DNA of 64,000 bases from positions 47,431 through 111,430 of the IMG/VR virus record IMGVR_UViG_3300033145_001087, one strand, 5' to 3'. Under the pieces are notes generated by a model. It was not told where the DNA came from. It searched no databases and saw only the letters and a list, made by a program, of their open reading frames with translations. The first letter of the stretch is position 1. Each line of letters starts with the position of its first letter. This stretch comes from a virus. Positions 39,609 to 50,126 of this stretch are shown here, in pieces. A program made the position numbers and the translations under genes.

Positions 39609-40651
39609 TGGGAATGAAACTTGCATTGATTATGGGAACACGACCAGAAATAATTAAGATGATGCCTATAATAAAAGAACTTGAAAAAAGAAAAATAGAC
39701 CATAAAGTTTATTTTACATCCCAACATTTTACTGGTATAGCAGGCACAAAACTTTTCAATGATTTCAAAATAAATAACATTATAGAATATGGTAAAAAAT
39801 TCGACTTTGGGAAAATAAAAGAGTGGGCAACAAACGAATTAAAAGAATATAATCCAGATGTGGTTTTAGTTCAAGGAGATACTGATTCAGCATTGATAGG
39901 TGGTCTTGCCGCCATTAAAGCAAAAATACCTATTGGGCACATCGAGGCTGGATTAAGAAGCTTTAACTTTCAAGAGCCATACCCAGAAGAGTATAACAGG
40001 ACTATGTTAGACTCTATCTCAACATATTTGTTTTGCCCGACAATGAATAATTTAGTTAATGTTCAAATAACAGGTAATAGGAAAGCTTTTATTGTTGGTA
40101 ATACTATAATTGACGTTATTAAAGATTATAAAAAAGTAAAGAATGGCAAACAAGTCCTTATAACTCTTCATAGAAGAGAAAATTGGGCTAAAATTCCAAA
40201 GTTATGTAAAGCTCTTGCATCCTTAGCAGATGCATTTTCAGAATATGAATTCGTATTTGTTAAACATGTAAATAAAAAATTAGCTAAAATAATAGATATT
40301 GAATTAAAAGAAAGTAAAATTAAACTGTTACCACCACAATCATACGCAGACTTTATAAAATTAATGCAAAAATCGAAACTAATAATTTCAGATTCAGGCG
40401 GCGTATTGGAAGAAGCATCTTATTTAAATATTCCAGTTATATCCGTTCGTAATGTTACTGAACGAAAGGAAAGTATAATACTTAAAAAAGCTATTTTAGT
40501 AGGAACAGAACCAGAATCATTAAAACAATATGTTTCTGATTTTTTGCTTAATAATGACTATTATAAAGATATTAAATTGACACCGTGTCCATTTGGTGAT
40601 GGTGATAGTGCAAAAAGAATAGTAGATATTTTAGAAAAGGTGGTAAAATGA
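39608..40651 (+). CDS. wecB: UDP-N-acetylglucosamine 2-epimerase (non-hydrolysing)
   Basis: GTRPEIIKM, VQGDT, HIEAGLRS, PEEYNR, TLHRREN, SDSGG..EEA, FGDG. Confidence 0.95.
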   Translation: MGMKLALIMGTRPEIIKMMPIIKELEKRKIDHKVYFTSQHFTGIAGTKLFNDFKINNIIEYGKKFDFGKIKEWATNELKEYNPDVVLVQGDTDSALIGGLAAIKAKIPIGHIEAGLRSFNFQEPYPEEYNRTMLDSISTYLFCPTMNNLVNVQITGNRKAFIVGNTIIDVIKDYKKVKNGKQVLITLHRRENWAKIPKLCKALASLADAFSEYEFVFVKHVNKKLAKIIDIELKESKIKLLPPQSYADFIKLMQKSKLIISDSGGVLEEASYLNIPVISVRNVTERKESIILKKAILVGTEPESLKQYVSDFLLNNDYYKDIKLTPCPFGDGDSAKRIVDILEKVVK

Positions 40652-41646
40652 ACATTCTTTGTACTGGTGGGGCAGGATTCATTGGTAGCCATGTTGTTGA
40701 TGAATTAATAGATAGAGGACATAACGTTTTAATTTTAGATGATTTCTCAGTAGGAGAAATGAAAAATATAAATCCTAAAGCTAATTTTGTAATAGGGTCT
40801 ATAACAGATGAACGATTAGTAAAAGTTTTAATGAAAGGTATAGATGCAGTATTTCACTTTGCATATGACGCAACAGAATGTAAAAGTATCTTTAGTCCAG
40901 TATTAGATACAGAAACAAACTTATTGGGCAGTATGATTGTTTTGAAAGAAGCAATAAACGCAGGAGTAGAGAAATTTGTTTTTCCTAGTTCTGTTCTTGT
41001 ATATGGTAAACCAAAAGAATTACCAATGAAAGAAACTCATACTAGAATTCCAGATGACCCATATAGCGTTTCTAAATTAGCATTTGAAGAATACTTAAGA
41101 GTTTACTATGAACTTGGTAAAATTAAACCATATATATTAAGATTTAATAATACTTACGGACCTAGACTTCGGTTAGATAATCCCTATAAAGGAGCAACAC
41201 AAATATTTATATCTAGATGTTTAAAAGGTCAACCACCAATAATCTTTGGAGATGGTTCTCAGACAAGGGCGTGGACATATGTAGGAGATATTAAAAAACC
41301 TATAGTAGATATTATAGAACATGATGAATTAATCAATAATCCAATTAATATTGGGTCTGATTGTATACACAGTGTTTCAAAAATTGCTAATTTCATAAAA
41401 GATGAAATAAATAAAAATCTTAAGATAGAATATTTACCTAAGAGACAAAAAGATATTCCTCACGCATATTGTGATGTTACAAAAATGCAAGAAATATTTG
41501 ATTATAAATGTATGGTTGATTTTAAAGAAGGTTTAAGAAAGACTATAGCGTGGGCTAAAAAAGAACCAGACATTAAATTTAAATATAATTGGGTAGTGGA
41601 AATACCAAGTTTACTTGATAATGCTTATAAAAAGAAAAAAATATAG
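40648..41646 (+). CDS. NAD-dependent nucleotide-sugar epimerase/dehydratase
   Basis: TGGAGFIGSH, YSVSK (YxxxK), RFNNTYGP, GDGSQTR. Confidence 0.93.
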   Translation: MNILCTGGAGFIGSHVVDELIDRGHNVLILDDFSVGEMKNINPKANFVIGSITDERLVKVLMKGIDAVFHFAYDATECKSIFSPVLDTETNLLGSMIVLKEAINAGVEKFVFPSSVLVYGKPKELPMKETHTRIPDDPYSVSKLAFEEYLRVYYELGKIKPYILRFNNTYGPRLRLDNPYKGATQIFISRCLKGQPPIIFGDGSQTRAWTYVGDIKKPIVDIIEHDELINNPINIGSDCIHSVSKIANFIKDEINKNLKIEYLPKRQKDIPHAYCDVTKMQEIFDYKCMVDFKEGLRKTIAWAKKEPDIKFKYNWVVEIPSLLDNAYKKKKI

Positions 41647-41655
41647 GGTGTAAAT

Positions 41656-42291
41656 ATGGGTAAAAAAGAAATAATTGATGATTTTCATATTTTATATTAT
41701 GATTCAAAAAAACACGAACAACTCAACTGGTTAGGTATACAAGTATTGAAAACACCTATGGACTTAATGATAATACAAGAAATCATATGTGAAATAAAAC
41801 CAGATGTTATTATCGAAACAGGAACATATAAAGGAGGGTCAGCATATTTTATGGCATCTATACTTGATTTAATCAATAAAGGAAAAATAATTACTATAGA
41901 CAATCAAGTATCATATAAAGGAGAATATCCAAAACATAAAAGAATAAAATATTTAACAGGAAATTCTTGTGAAGAAAGTATTTTAAAATCCATTAAAAAT
42001 CAAATTAAAAAAAACGATATTGTTTTAGTCTTATTAGATAGTGCTCATACAGGAAATCATGTACTTAGTGAATTAAATATTTATAGTAAGTTTGTAACAA
42101 AAGGAAGTTATTTAATATGTGAAGACACAAATTTGAATTCAAATCCTATTAGGACGCCAGAACCAGATGGAGGACCTATGAAAGCAGTAATAACTTTTTT
42201 AAAGGAAAACGATAATTTTATAATAGATAAAACAAAAGAAAAACTATTACTAACATATTTTCCAAATGGTTGGTTAAAGAGGATAAAATGA
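41656..42291 (+). CDS. CmcI-family (cephalosporin hydroxylase-like) O-methyltransferase
   Basis: WLG..K.P.D..QEII..KPDVIIETGT..GGS; LDSAH..VLSEL; EDT. Confidence 0.9.
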   Translation: MGKKEIIDDFHILYYDSKKHEQLNWLGIQVLKTPMDLMIIQEIICEIKPDVIIETGTYKGGSAYFMASILDLINKGKIITIDNQVSYKGEYPKHKRIKYLTGNSCEESILKSIKNQIKKNDIVLVLLDSAHTGNHVLSELNIYSKFVTKGSYLICEDTNLNSNPIRTPEPDGGPMKAVITFLKENDNFIIDKTKEKLLLTYFPNGWLKRIK

Positions 42292-43103
42292 AAGAAGTAC
42301 TAATAGTAATTGCAAGCTTTGCAGATGGATACTTAGATGACTTGTTGAAATCAATAAAAGAAAACACTACTGATGTAACCTATTCTATCCAAGTTGTAGA
42401 TAATCACAGAGATAAAAAAAAACTCGAAGAATGTGTAATTCCAATTTGTAAAAAACATAAAGTCGAGCTTTATTTAGATACTAAGATTACTGGATATGGG
42501 GATGCACTTAATACCGGTGTAAATATATCAGATATAGAATCTAAATATATACTTTATATGGATTCAGATACCTTAGTTAGTAAAGGATGGCTTAGAGAAT
42601 TAATTGATTGTTTTAAACGGCATAAAAAAGAAGACTGTATGATGGTAGGACCCTTAGTCAAAGATTTTAACAATAATTACTTACCGGGAGTAAATGAATT
42701 GTATGGTAAACCAGACGATATAAAAGAAAAAGATATTTTACTAAAAGATGATTCTTATTTAATAGGTGTGTGTGTATTAAGAGAACGAGAAACTTTACCA
42801 TTATTTCAATGGGATAAAAATTATATACGAGCTTATTATGAAGATAATGATTTAACAAAACAAGTTAATTTTTTAAATGGTAAAATATATGTAGCTGGAA
42901 AGTCTCTTATGTTTCATAAAGTAAATTCTAGTCACGAAACAATGAAAACTGAAAATATTAACCCTTCAAGCATTGGAGCGTTTAATAGATATTATTTTAC
43001 AGAAAAATGGAAAACGATTTATGAAAATATATATATAGAGGATATACATAAATTAACATTAGGATATGCGTTTAAACGAGAAATACCCGAGGATTTTAAA
43101 TGA
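42288..43103 (+). CDS. GT2 glycosyltransferase
   Basis: VVDN, GYGDALNTG, YMDSD, YYEDNDL. Confidence 0.88.
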   Translation: MKEVLIVIASFADGYLDDLLKSIKENTTDVTYSIQVVDNHRDKKKLEECVIPICKKHKVELYLDTKITGYGDALNTGVNISDIESKYILYMDSDTLVSKGWLRELIDCFKRHKKEDCMMVGPLVKDFNNNYLPGVNELYGKPDDIKEKDILLKDDSYLIGVCVLRERETLPLFQWDKNYIRAYYEDNDLTKQVNFLNGKIYVAGKSLMFHKVNSSHETMKTENINPSSIGAFNRYYFTEKWKTIYENIYIEDIHKLTLGYAFKREIPEDFK

Positions 43104-43822
43104 TTACTTTATTTATACCAGCATACAATGAAGAAACTATAATAAGAAAAAACGTGACGTTTGTATTTGAATATATAAAGAAAAACAAACTACCTATACA
43201 ACTTATTATTTTAAATGATGGCTCTACTGATAATACAAAGAAAATATTAAATACATTAAAAAAGAAAATAGATATTACTGTTATTAATGATAACGGTCCT
43301 AGTAGACGAGAAAATTTAATAAAACAAATGATAAATGTTAAAACCAATTATGTTGGCTTTATGGATTGTGATTTAGCTACTGATTTATCAGATTTAAAAA
43401 ATCTTGTAATTAACATTAAAAATTATGATATAGTTTCAGGAAGTAGATACTTATCATCTTCAACAATAAAACGAAGTAATACTAGAAAAGTTATTAGTTT
43501 TTTGTTTAATAATAGTATCAAATTATTATTTAGAAGTAAGATTCGTGACCATGAATGTGGTTTTAAATTATTTAATACTAAAGCAATTAAAAAAATAATT
43601 ACATATACAGGATATGGAGAACACAAAAAAAATAGAAAAATGTTTTGGGATACTGAAATGTGGATATATGCACAAAACTTAAATATGAAAATCTTGGAAA
43701 TTCCTATAATTTGGCACGAAGGAGATAAATCTGCTCTAAGATTTAAAACAGAAATTATAATGATACCTTATATAATAAATTTTTGGGTGAAAAGAGAGTG
43801 GATGAAAAAGAACTTAAAATAA
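43100..43822 (+). CDS. GT2 dolichol/polyprenol-phosphate glycosyltransferase-like (ALG5/DPM1/AglJ type)
   Basis: IPAYNEE, NDGSTD, FMDCDLATD, GSRY, DHECGFKLF, WDTE, EIPIIW. Confidence 0.85.
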   Translation: MITLFIPAYNEETIIRKNVTFVFEYIKKNKLPIQLIILNDGSTDNTKKILNTLKKKIDITVINDNGPSRRENLIKQMINVKTNYVGFMDCDLATDLSDLKNLVINIKNYDIVSGSRYLSSSTIKRSNTRKVISFLFNNSIKLLFRSKIRDHECGFKLFNTKAIKKIITYTGYGEHKKNRKMFWDTEMWIYAQNLNMKILEIPIIWHEGDKSALRFKTEIIMIPYIINFWVKREWMKKNLK

Positions 43823-44412
43823 TCGGTAATGACCCTACCTATTGGTGGTTCAAAGCTAAGAATGAAATTATAGAGACTTATATAGATACTACTAAAGAAA
43901 TATTAAATGTTGGTGCAGGAACTACTAATTTTTATTATGCAACAAATTATAACGGTTTTGCTGATTGTATGCCTTTTGCAGATAACGAATTTCATTATGT
44001 TATATTAGCAGATGTTTTAGAACATATACCAGATGGTTTTAGGATAAACACCTTAAAAGAAATAAGGCGAGTATTAAAAAGAAAAGGAAAACTAATTATA
44101 ACTGTTCCAGCATATGGGTTTTTGTATAACGCACATGATAGATTTTTACATCACTTTTTACGTTATTCAAAAAAAGAATTACTATCTGAATTAAAACAAG
44201 CTGGATTTAAAATAAAAAAAGTTAGATACTGGAATTCAATCCTTTGTCCAATTATTATGATTATGAAATTATATAATAAAAAATACGAGTCTCAATCAGA
44301 TTTAAAAAAAATACCACGATGTATCAATTGGTTGTTATATAAAATATTAAAAACAGACGAAAGGATTGAATTGCCTTTTGGAATAACACTTTTAGGAGTA
44401 TTTGAAAAATGA
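43783..44412 (+). CDS. class I SAM-dependent methyltransferase
   Basis: YWWF, LNVGAG, DVLEHI, TVPAY..HD..HFLRYS. Confidence 0.85.
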   Translation: MGEKRVDEKELKIIGNDPTYWWFKAKNEIIETYIDTTKEILNVGAGTTNFYYATNYNGFADCMPFADNEFHYVILADVLEHIPDGFRINTLKEIRRVLKRKGKLIITVPAYGFLYNAHDRFLHHFLRYSKKELLSELKQAGFKIKKVRYWNSILCPIIMIMKLYNKKYESQSDLKKIPRCINWLLYKILKTDERIELPFGITLLGVFEK

Positions 44413-45275
44413 TAAGAAAAAGATTAGGACAACTTAGATATGTAAAAAACCCATTACAAATATGGAGATTATTATTTAGTAGAGTAAAATCTATAGAAAT
44501 AGCTGTTAATTATGTATGTAATAAAAAATGCCCTGGTTGTTATGCAAGAAACCTTAGGGCAGACCAAGAAAAAATGTTTTTAACACCAAAAGATATTAAA
44601 GAAATATGTGAAAAATATAAACCTGCTCATATTAATATTACTGGCGGAGAACCAATGTTAAATCCAAAGCTTTTTGAAATTATTCAAACTATACCAAAAT
44701 CTATAATAGTTAGTATGGTTACTAATGGTGATTTATTTAAAAACCCACCAGATGTTATAGATTTTGAAACAGAAATTGATTATATCAAATTATGGAATTT
44801 AAAATCAAGTGGTTTAAATACTATTCAAATAAGTTATGGTTCTAATTATAATTGTATTTGGAATAAAGAATTAGCAAAATATTCTAAAAGAGAAGGATTA
44901 AATGTTTGTTTAAGCGTTACAAATGTTTATAAAGAAAGAAAACATATTTTACAAGCTATTAGAATAGCAGAAGAAAATGGATACCATGTATTATTTAATA
45001 CTCCTGGTGTTGGAATGGAAGACCAGTTTGATTATCAAACATATTTTACATATAGGAGTCATCCTTTAGTAAGAGAAGATAATATGTTCTGGAATGGAGC
45101 AGATGTCTGTCCAGCAGGACTTAAAAAATTTTATATTTCTGCGGATAAGAGTATTTATCCATGTGATAGATTACATGATGAGAAATATTCATCCTATAAA
45201 GAAATGAGAAAACAATATAAAGGATTAAAGAAAGTATATTGTAGAAGATATTGTAAGATGGTGGAAAATGATTAA
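44409..45275 (+). CDS. radical SAM protein with SPASM/twitch-like C-terminus
   Basis: CNKKCPGC (CxxxCxxC), TGGEPML, TNG, CPAG..IYPC. Confidence 0.9.
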   Translation: MIRKRLGQLRYVKNPLQIWRLLFSRVKSIEIAVNYVCNKKCPGCYARNLRADQEKMFLTPKDIKEICEKYKPAHINITGGEPMLNPKLFEIIQTIPKSIIVSMVTNGDLFKNPPDVIDFETEIDYIKLWNLKSSGLNTIQISYGSNYNCIWNKELAKYSKREGLNVCLSVTNVYKERKHILQAIRIAEENGYHVLFNTPGVGMEDQFDYQTYFTYRSHPLVREDNMFWNGADVCPAGLKKFYISADKSIYPCDRLHDEKYSSYKEMRKQYKGLKKVYCRRYCKMVEND

Positions 45276-46227
45276 TGTAAATTATATTGGTTATGATGGT
45301 TTTCAAAACTATGGTGATGATGTAAATAAAGAAATAGTTATGAAACTTGGCTTTCAACACGATGAAAACTCTGATATTGTATTTATAGGTCCTGGAACAG
45401 GATTTCCAATTCCTAAAAGTAAACAACAATTAATTAAAGAAAATACTAAAGAAGTAATAGTGTTCGGAACTGGTTGTCATACTAAAAAATTTTATAAAGA
45501 TGAAAACTCATTTGAAGAAGATATGAAATTTACAAAAGAATTATTGAAAAAAGCCAAATATATAGGAGTCAGAGATAGTTATACGCAAAAGACTATAGGT
45601 TGTGGAAAGGTTATTGGTGACCCTTTCTTTTTGTTATCAATACCAAAAAAAGAAGAGATACCAGAAAAATATGTAATACTTATTATTGGTCGTGCAGGAT
45701 TTAATTGTTGGGGAGAAGTTGATGGAGAATTTAATTCTTTGAAAAATACTATAAAATTTACTAAAAACTTCATAATGAAAAAATTAGGTTTCAAAGTTAA
45801 AATATTTTATCTTTTTAACAATGATGCCCCCTTATCTTATGAAATATCTTCATATTTAAATGAGTCGGTATTTAAACGAATTGAAATGTATGAAAACTTT
45901 TTAACTGAATATAGGAATGCAGAATTTATTATATCGTATAAATTACATGGAATGATTACTGCACTATTAACTAATACTCCCATTATACCAATAGAATACG
46001 TCCCAAAAATAACCAATGTAGCTAGTGATTTTAAAATTGACAATCTAGTATTAAAATCTAATGAGGTAACAGAAAAACAATTAGAAAATAAATATAATTT
46101 ATTAAAAAACTGGGATTATACCTTTATTAAAAATAAAAGACAAAAATATATTAATTTACAATATAAATTTATAGAACAGATTAAAAAAATATATGGTGAA
46201 AACAATGAAAATAATATTAATGGGTAG
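45268..46227 (+). CDS. polysaccharide pyruvyl transferase family protein
   Basis: NYGD, IGVRDSYT, GDP, SYKLHGMI. Confidence 0.85.
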   Translation: MINVNYIGYDGFQNYGDDVNKEIVMKLGFQHDENSDIVFIGPGTGFPIPKSKQQLIKENTKEVIVFGTGCHTKKFYKDENSFEEDMKFTKELLKKAKYIGVRDSYTQKTIGCGKVIGDPFFLLSIPKKEEIPEKYVILIIGRAGFNCWGEVDGEFNSLKNTIKFTKNFIMKKLGFKVKIFYLFNNDAPLSYEISSYLNESVFKRIEMYENFLTEYRNAEFIISYKLHGMITALLTNTPIIPIEYVPKITNVASDFKIDNLVLKSNEVTEKQLENKYNLLKNWDYTFIKNKRQKYINLQYKFIEQIKKIYGENNENNING

Positions 46228-47278
46228 TTTTACAGATATGCAAACAGGTGTTTATATAGGAGATACTTTTACAAGTATGAAACATGATATTTATGGTATA
46301 GATATAAGGAGAATCTATAAAACTGTCGGTGCTGAAAAAACGCAAGAAACTGTAATAAAAGAATTAATAAAATTAAATCTTAAACCAGACCTAATTTTAA
46401 TACTAAAAGGTTTAGAATTATCCCCAAAAACTATACGAGCTATTAAAGATATGTATCCTAAAGCTATTTATGCTAATTGGTTCTTTGATAAATTTCTACA
46501 AGAAGAACCAATATGGAAAACGGAATCATATTTAAAAATAATTAAAGAATTTGATTATTTCTTTTGTAGTTTAAAAGGAGTAGCTGATAAACTAAATGAT
46601 TTAGGATATAAGAATGTGAAATACTTAGATGAAGGATGTGAGCCAAAACGACACAGTGAAATATATTTAAATAATTTTCAAAAAAAAAAATATGCAAGTG
46701 ACGTATCTTTTATTGGGAATATAGGATATCTATTACAACATCATTTGCGATTACCAATGTTAAAGATTATTGCAGAAGAAGGATTTCGATTACAAATCTT
46801 CGGTTCGTTATGTTGTGATATAAAACACGTACCTACAAAAGTAAGACCGTGTTTGACACAAATACCTGTTATTAATGAAGACCATAGTAAAGTTGTTCAA
46901 TCATCTTTAATTAATTTAGGAATAGACCAAGACTTAGGTATTGATATGGGGCATAGTGCGAGAGTTTATAGAGTCCTTTGTGCCGGTGGTTGTTATCTAA
47001 CTACTAATACTAAAGGATTAGATAAAATGTTTAAAACCAATAAAAAAGACGATGACTTAACAGGAGAAGAAGAAATAGTAATTTTTGATAACAAAGAGGA
47101 TTTAATTAAAAAACTAGACTTTCTTTTAGAGCACGATGACATAAGAGAACAAATAGGAAAAAATGGTCAAAAGAAAGTATTAAAATATCACACATTTAAA
47201 CATAGGTGTGAAGAAATGTTAAAAATAATAAAAGGTGAAAAAAATGAAAGAGGTGATAAAAGATGGACAAAAAAATAA
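46205..47278 (+). CDS. CgeB-like (GT-B) glycosyltransferase
   Basis: DVSFIG, SARVYRVLCAGG..LT, IGKNGQKKVLKYHTFKHR. Confidence 0.82.
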   Translation: MKIILMGSFTDMQTGVYIGDTFTSMKHDIYGIDIRRIYKTVGAEKTQETVIKELIKLNLKPDLILILKGLELSPKTIRAIKDMYPKAIYANWFFDKFLQEEPIWKTESYLKIIKEFDYFFCSLKGVADKLNDLGYKNVKYLDEGCEPKRHSEIYLNNFQKKKYASDVSFIGNIGYLLQHHLRLPMLKIIAEEGFRLQIFGSLCCDIKHVPTKVRPCLTQIPVINEDHSKVVQSSLINLGIDQDLGIDMGHSARVYRVLCAGGCYLTTNTKGLDKMFKTNKKDDDLTGEEEIVIFDNKEDLIKKLDFLLEHDDIREQIGKNGQKKVLKYHTFKHRCEEMLKIIKGEKNERGDKRWTKK

Positions 47279-47432
47279 CTAAATTTAATTTTGATACAAT
47301 AAACGAACCGCATCTTATTTTTACAAAGGACTGGTTAAAGAACAAGGCAAAAGAAAATAAAGACATTTATTTCTATTTCCCTTCTAATATTGATATTAAT
47401 ACACAATTTCCATTAAAATTTGAGGTAAAAAA

Positions 47433-48030
47433 ATGAAGATAATAGATTGGGACGAAAAACTGTTTGAAACACTTGCTTGTGGTAATTATACAGCAAAAGA
47501 CCACACAGTTTTAAGAAAATTAGCAAAATGGATAGGTGATGTGTCTGGAAATGTAAACGTAACTATGCGATTATACCATATAGCAGACAAAATGAAAAAC
47601 GAATATCATAAGAAACAATGGGAAGATACGTATCACGGCTATAAAGAATAAGAGGTAAATAAAATGAAAGAAGATGAATTAACAAAGAAATTTATAGAAT
47701 ACGAAACAACAATAAAAAAACACGCAGAAGTTGTTAATACTTTAAATATAAACCAACAGCTTTTAATAAAAAAAATAGGAGAGATGGAAAAGAATTTAGA
47801 ACCAAAGCCAAAAGAAGAAGAAAAAAAAGAGGAGAAAAAAGATGGTGAGACTAAATAAATGTGGTCATCCAGACCATTGGGTTTTTAGATTAACAGGTGC
47901 GGGAAAGAAATTTTCATATTGTTTAGGATGTTTAATAGAAAAAACAGAGATAGATAATTTCGAAACATATAAAAATCCCTTCCTTAAATCTTCGAAGAAA
48001 ATAAAACCAATAACAAAAGAGAAGAAATAA
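47433..48030 (+). CDS. three small hypothetical proteins (47433..47651, 47664..47858, 47842..48030)
   Basis: Consecutive ORFs with GAGG-type SDs; the last has CGH..CLGC. Confidence 0.5.
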
Positions 48031-48031
48031 T

Positions 48032-49705
48032 ATGCGAACGTTTAAACATATCTATATAGATTATTGTACTTGGATAGTTGAAAAAACTGGAAATAGAGAC
48101 TACTCTTATGAGGCTTTAGTAGAAAAATATGGGGAACAAAATATAGACGTTGTTTTATATAAAGACCTATTAAAAAAATTCTACGATAAAAATTTTGGTT
48201 TCTTTTATTTTTCTAAATTTTTAATTGGAGATTTACAAGAAGTAGGCTATCCAAAACCCTTTAGATATAATACTCTGCTTAGGAAATGGCATAAACTTAT
48301 ACAAACACATAAATATTTAGCTATTCTTTGTGCACGAGGTCATGGAAAAAGTGTTTACTTTTCTCAAGTAAATAATATATATGATATGTTTTTATATAAA
48401 TTTAAGAGGATTATAATAATTTCTGCAAGTCAGGAACAAGCAAACGAACACATAGACAATATAAAGATACTTGTAGATAATAATGAATGGCTTTCCGAAA
48501 AGAAAGATAATAAACGGTGGGCTGTTGAACGAATCAGCTATAATAGTGGTTTTATTATGGCCGCTGGTATAGGAAGTGAAATATTAGGACATCACGTTGA
48601 TAGAATAGTTATAGATGATATACTTAGAAGTGATAATAGATTGTCAGACCAAGAAGTAGAAGATTATATAGATATGAACTTATCACCGATGTTATTAAAC
48701 AGACAAGGACAAATGATATTAGTAGGAACACCCAAATCAGAATCAGATATTTTTTCAACTCTTAAAAAGAGAATAAAGGAAGAATCAAAATGCCCTTGGG
48801 TAATAAAAGAATATAAAGCTGTTTTAGATTATGATAAAAAAATATTACAATGCCCAGATAGATTTACTTGGGAGCAAATTATGGAGAAAAGACTTACTAT
48901 GGGAAGTCTTAAATTCTCTAGAGAATATCAACTTGAATTCTTTAGTAGAGACAAATCTCTTTTCCCAGATATACTTATTAAATTAGCCAAAGATAAAGGA
49001 AAAGATATGCGATTACTTTATAAATTCGATAAAAGAGGTCCTGAATGGATATTCGTCATAGGAGTAGATGTAGCCAGAAGTGGTAGTGCGTCAGCAGATT
49101 ATACTGTAGCTATTGTATTGGCATATAATTCAGTTACACAAGCAAAACAAATAGTTCATATGTGGAGAGAGAAAGGACTAAAAATAACAAAACAGGCAGA
49201 ACATATAGCCAAGATTGCAAGAAGTTTTAATAATGCTACTGTTTTAGTAGAACAAAACAATATGGGACAAGATATGATAGATGAATTAGCAGATACTTGG
49301 AATGTAGGTGTAGAATCTTTTGTTACTGGTGGTAAAGGACAAAAGAAAGATGAATTGATTAGGTTTTTAATAACTTCATTTGAACACGAACAATTAATAA
49401 TACCTCAAGGTGATGACCAATCTATTACAGATATGAATGCATTATGTGATGAATTATCTAAATTTTGTGTAACTCACACACCTGCTGGTAATGAAAAATT
49501 TGAAGGTGCTGGAAGTCACGATGATTGTGTTATTTCCCTTGCTTTAGCTAATAAAGCAACTCAAATATTAGGAGCCCCCTTTGCTTTAACTAATTTTAGT
49601 AATGACCGTAATGTTAAAGATTCAAATGTTTATGAAGCTTTTTTATCTCGTAATACAGGAGAAAGTGACCTTGTAAAATTAATTAGGATGGGAGTAATAC
49701 GCTAA
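48032..49705 (+). CDS. terL: terminase large subunit
   Basis: Walker A ARGHGKS, Walker B IVIDD, coupling motif VGTP, nuclease GVDVA and HDDCVISLALA. Confidence 0.95.
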   Translation: MRTFKHIYIDYCTWIVEKTGNRDYSYEALVEKYGEQNIDVVLYKDLLKKFYDKNFGFFYFSKFLIGDLQEVGYPKPFRYNTLLRKWHKLIQTHKYLAILCARGHGKSVYFSQVNNIYDMFLYKFKRIIIISASQEQANEHIDNIKILVDNNEWLSEKKDNKRWAVERISYNSGFIMAAGIGSEILGHHVDRIVIDDILRSDNRLSDQEVEDYIDMNLSPMLLNRQGQMILVGTPKSESDIFSTLKKRIKEESKCPWVIKEYKAVLDYDKKILQCPDRFTWEQIMEKRLTMGSLKFSREYQLEFFSRDKSLFPDILIKLAKDKGKDMRLLYKFDKRGPEWIFVIGVDVARSGSASADYTVAIVLAYNSVTQAKQIVHMWREKGLKITKQAEHIAKIARSFNNATVLVEQNNMGQDMIDELADTWNVGVESFVTGGKGQKKDELIRFLITSFEHEQLIIPQGDDQSITDMNALCDELSKFCVTHTPAGNEKFEGAGSHDDCVISLALANKATQILGAPFALTNFSNDRNVKDSNVYEAFLSRNTGESDLVKLIRMGVIR

Positions 49706-49750
49706 TGAAAAAAAGTAATGCCAGAAAACACAACAAGGTGTTATAAAATA

Positions 49751-49882
49751 ATGAAATGTAAATATTGTAATAGTATTCAATTTAGGATGACTGCTAATGA
49801 GAACGAAGTTGAATGCGTGTATTGTATAAGATGCGGAACTGAATATAAGTTTAAAAAAGGTGAGAAAAATGGTAGAACATAG
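49751..49882 (+). CDS. 43-aa zinc-ribbon microprotein (not in ORF track)
   Basis: MKCKYC...CIRCG. Confidence 0.55.
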   Translation: MKCKYCNSIQFRMTANENEVECVYCIRCGTEYKFKKGEKNGRT

Positions 49883-50126
49883 TGAATTAGGAATAAGAAT
49901 AACCTCTGAAGATATAGAACATTACCTCTCAAATATGGGTATAATGTTAGTAAATAAAACACATTCTTTTATAGAGGCTGGTACAAAAGAAAGTTTAGAC
50001 ATCGTTGTTTATTATAAAGGTAAAAAAGTTACAAATGTAGTAGCCATTGAATTATCTAGTTCAACTATGGAATTTGGAGAAAAAAAGGATGAGGTATTAA
50101 ATTGGAGAAAAGAGATAGAAGGATAG
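49869..50126 (+). CDS. hypothetical protein with NWRKE-like C-terminal tag
   Basis: Ends EVLNWRKEIEG. Confidence 0.55.
   Translation: MVEHSELGIRITSEDIEHYLSNMGIMLVNKTHSFIEAGTKESLDIVVYYKGKKVTNVVAIELSSSTMEFGEKKDEVLNWRKEIEG

Noticed and set aside
48032-49705. Intein or intron in terL
   Set aside because: Normal length (557 aa) with contiguous motifs and no splice-junction signatures
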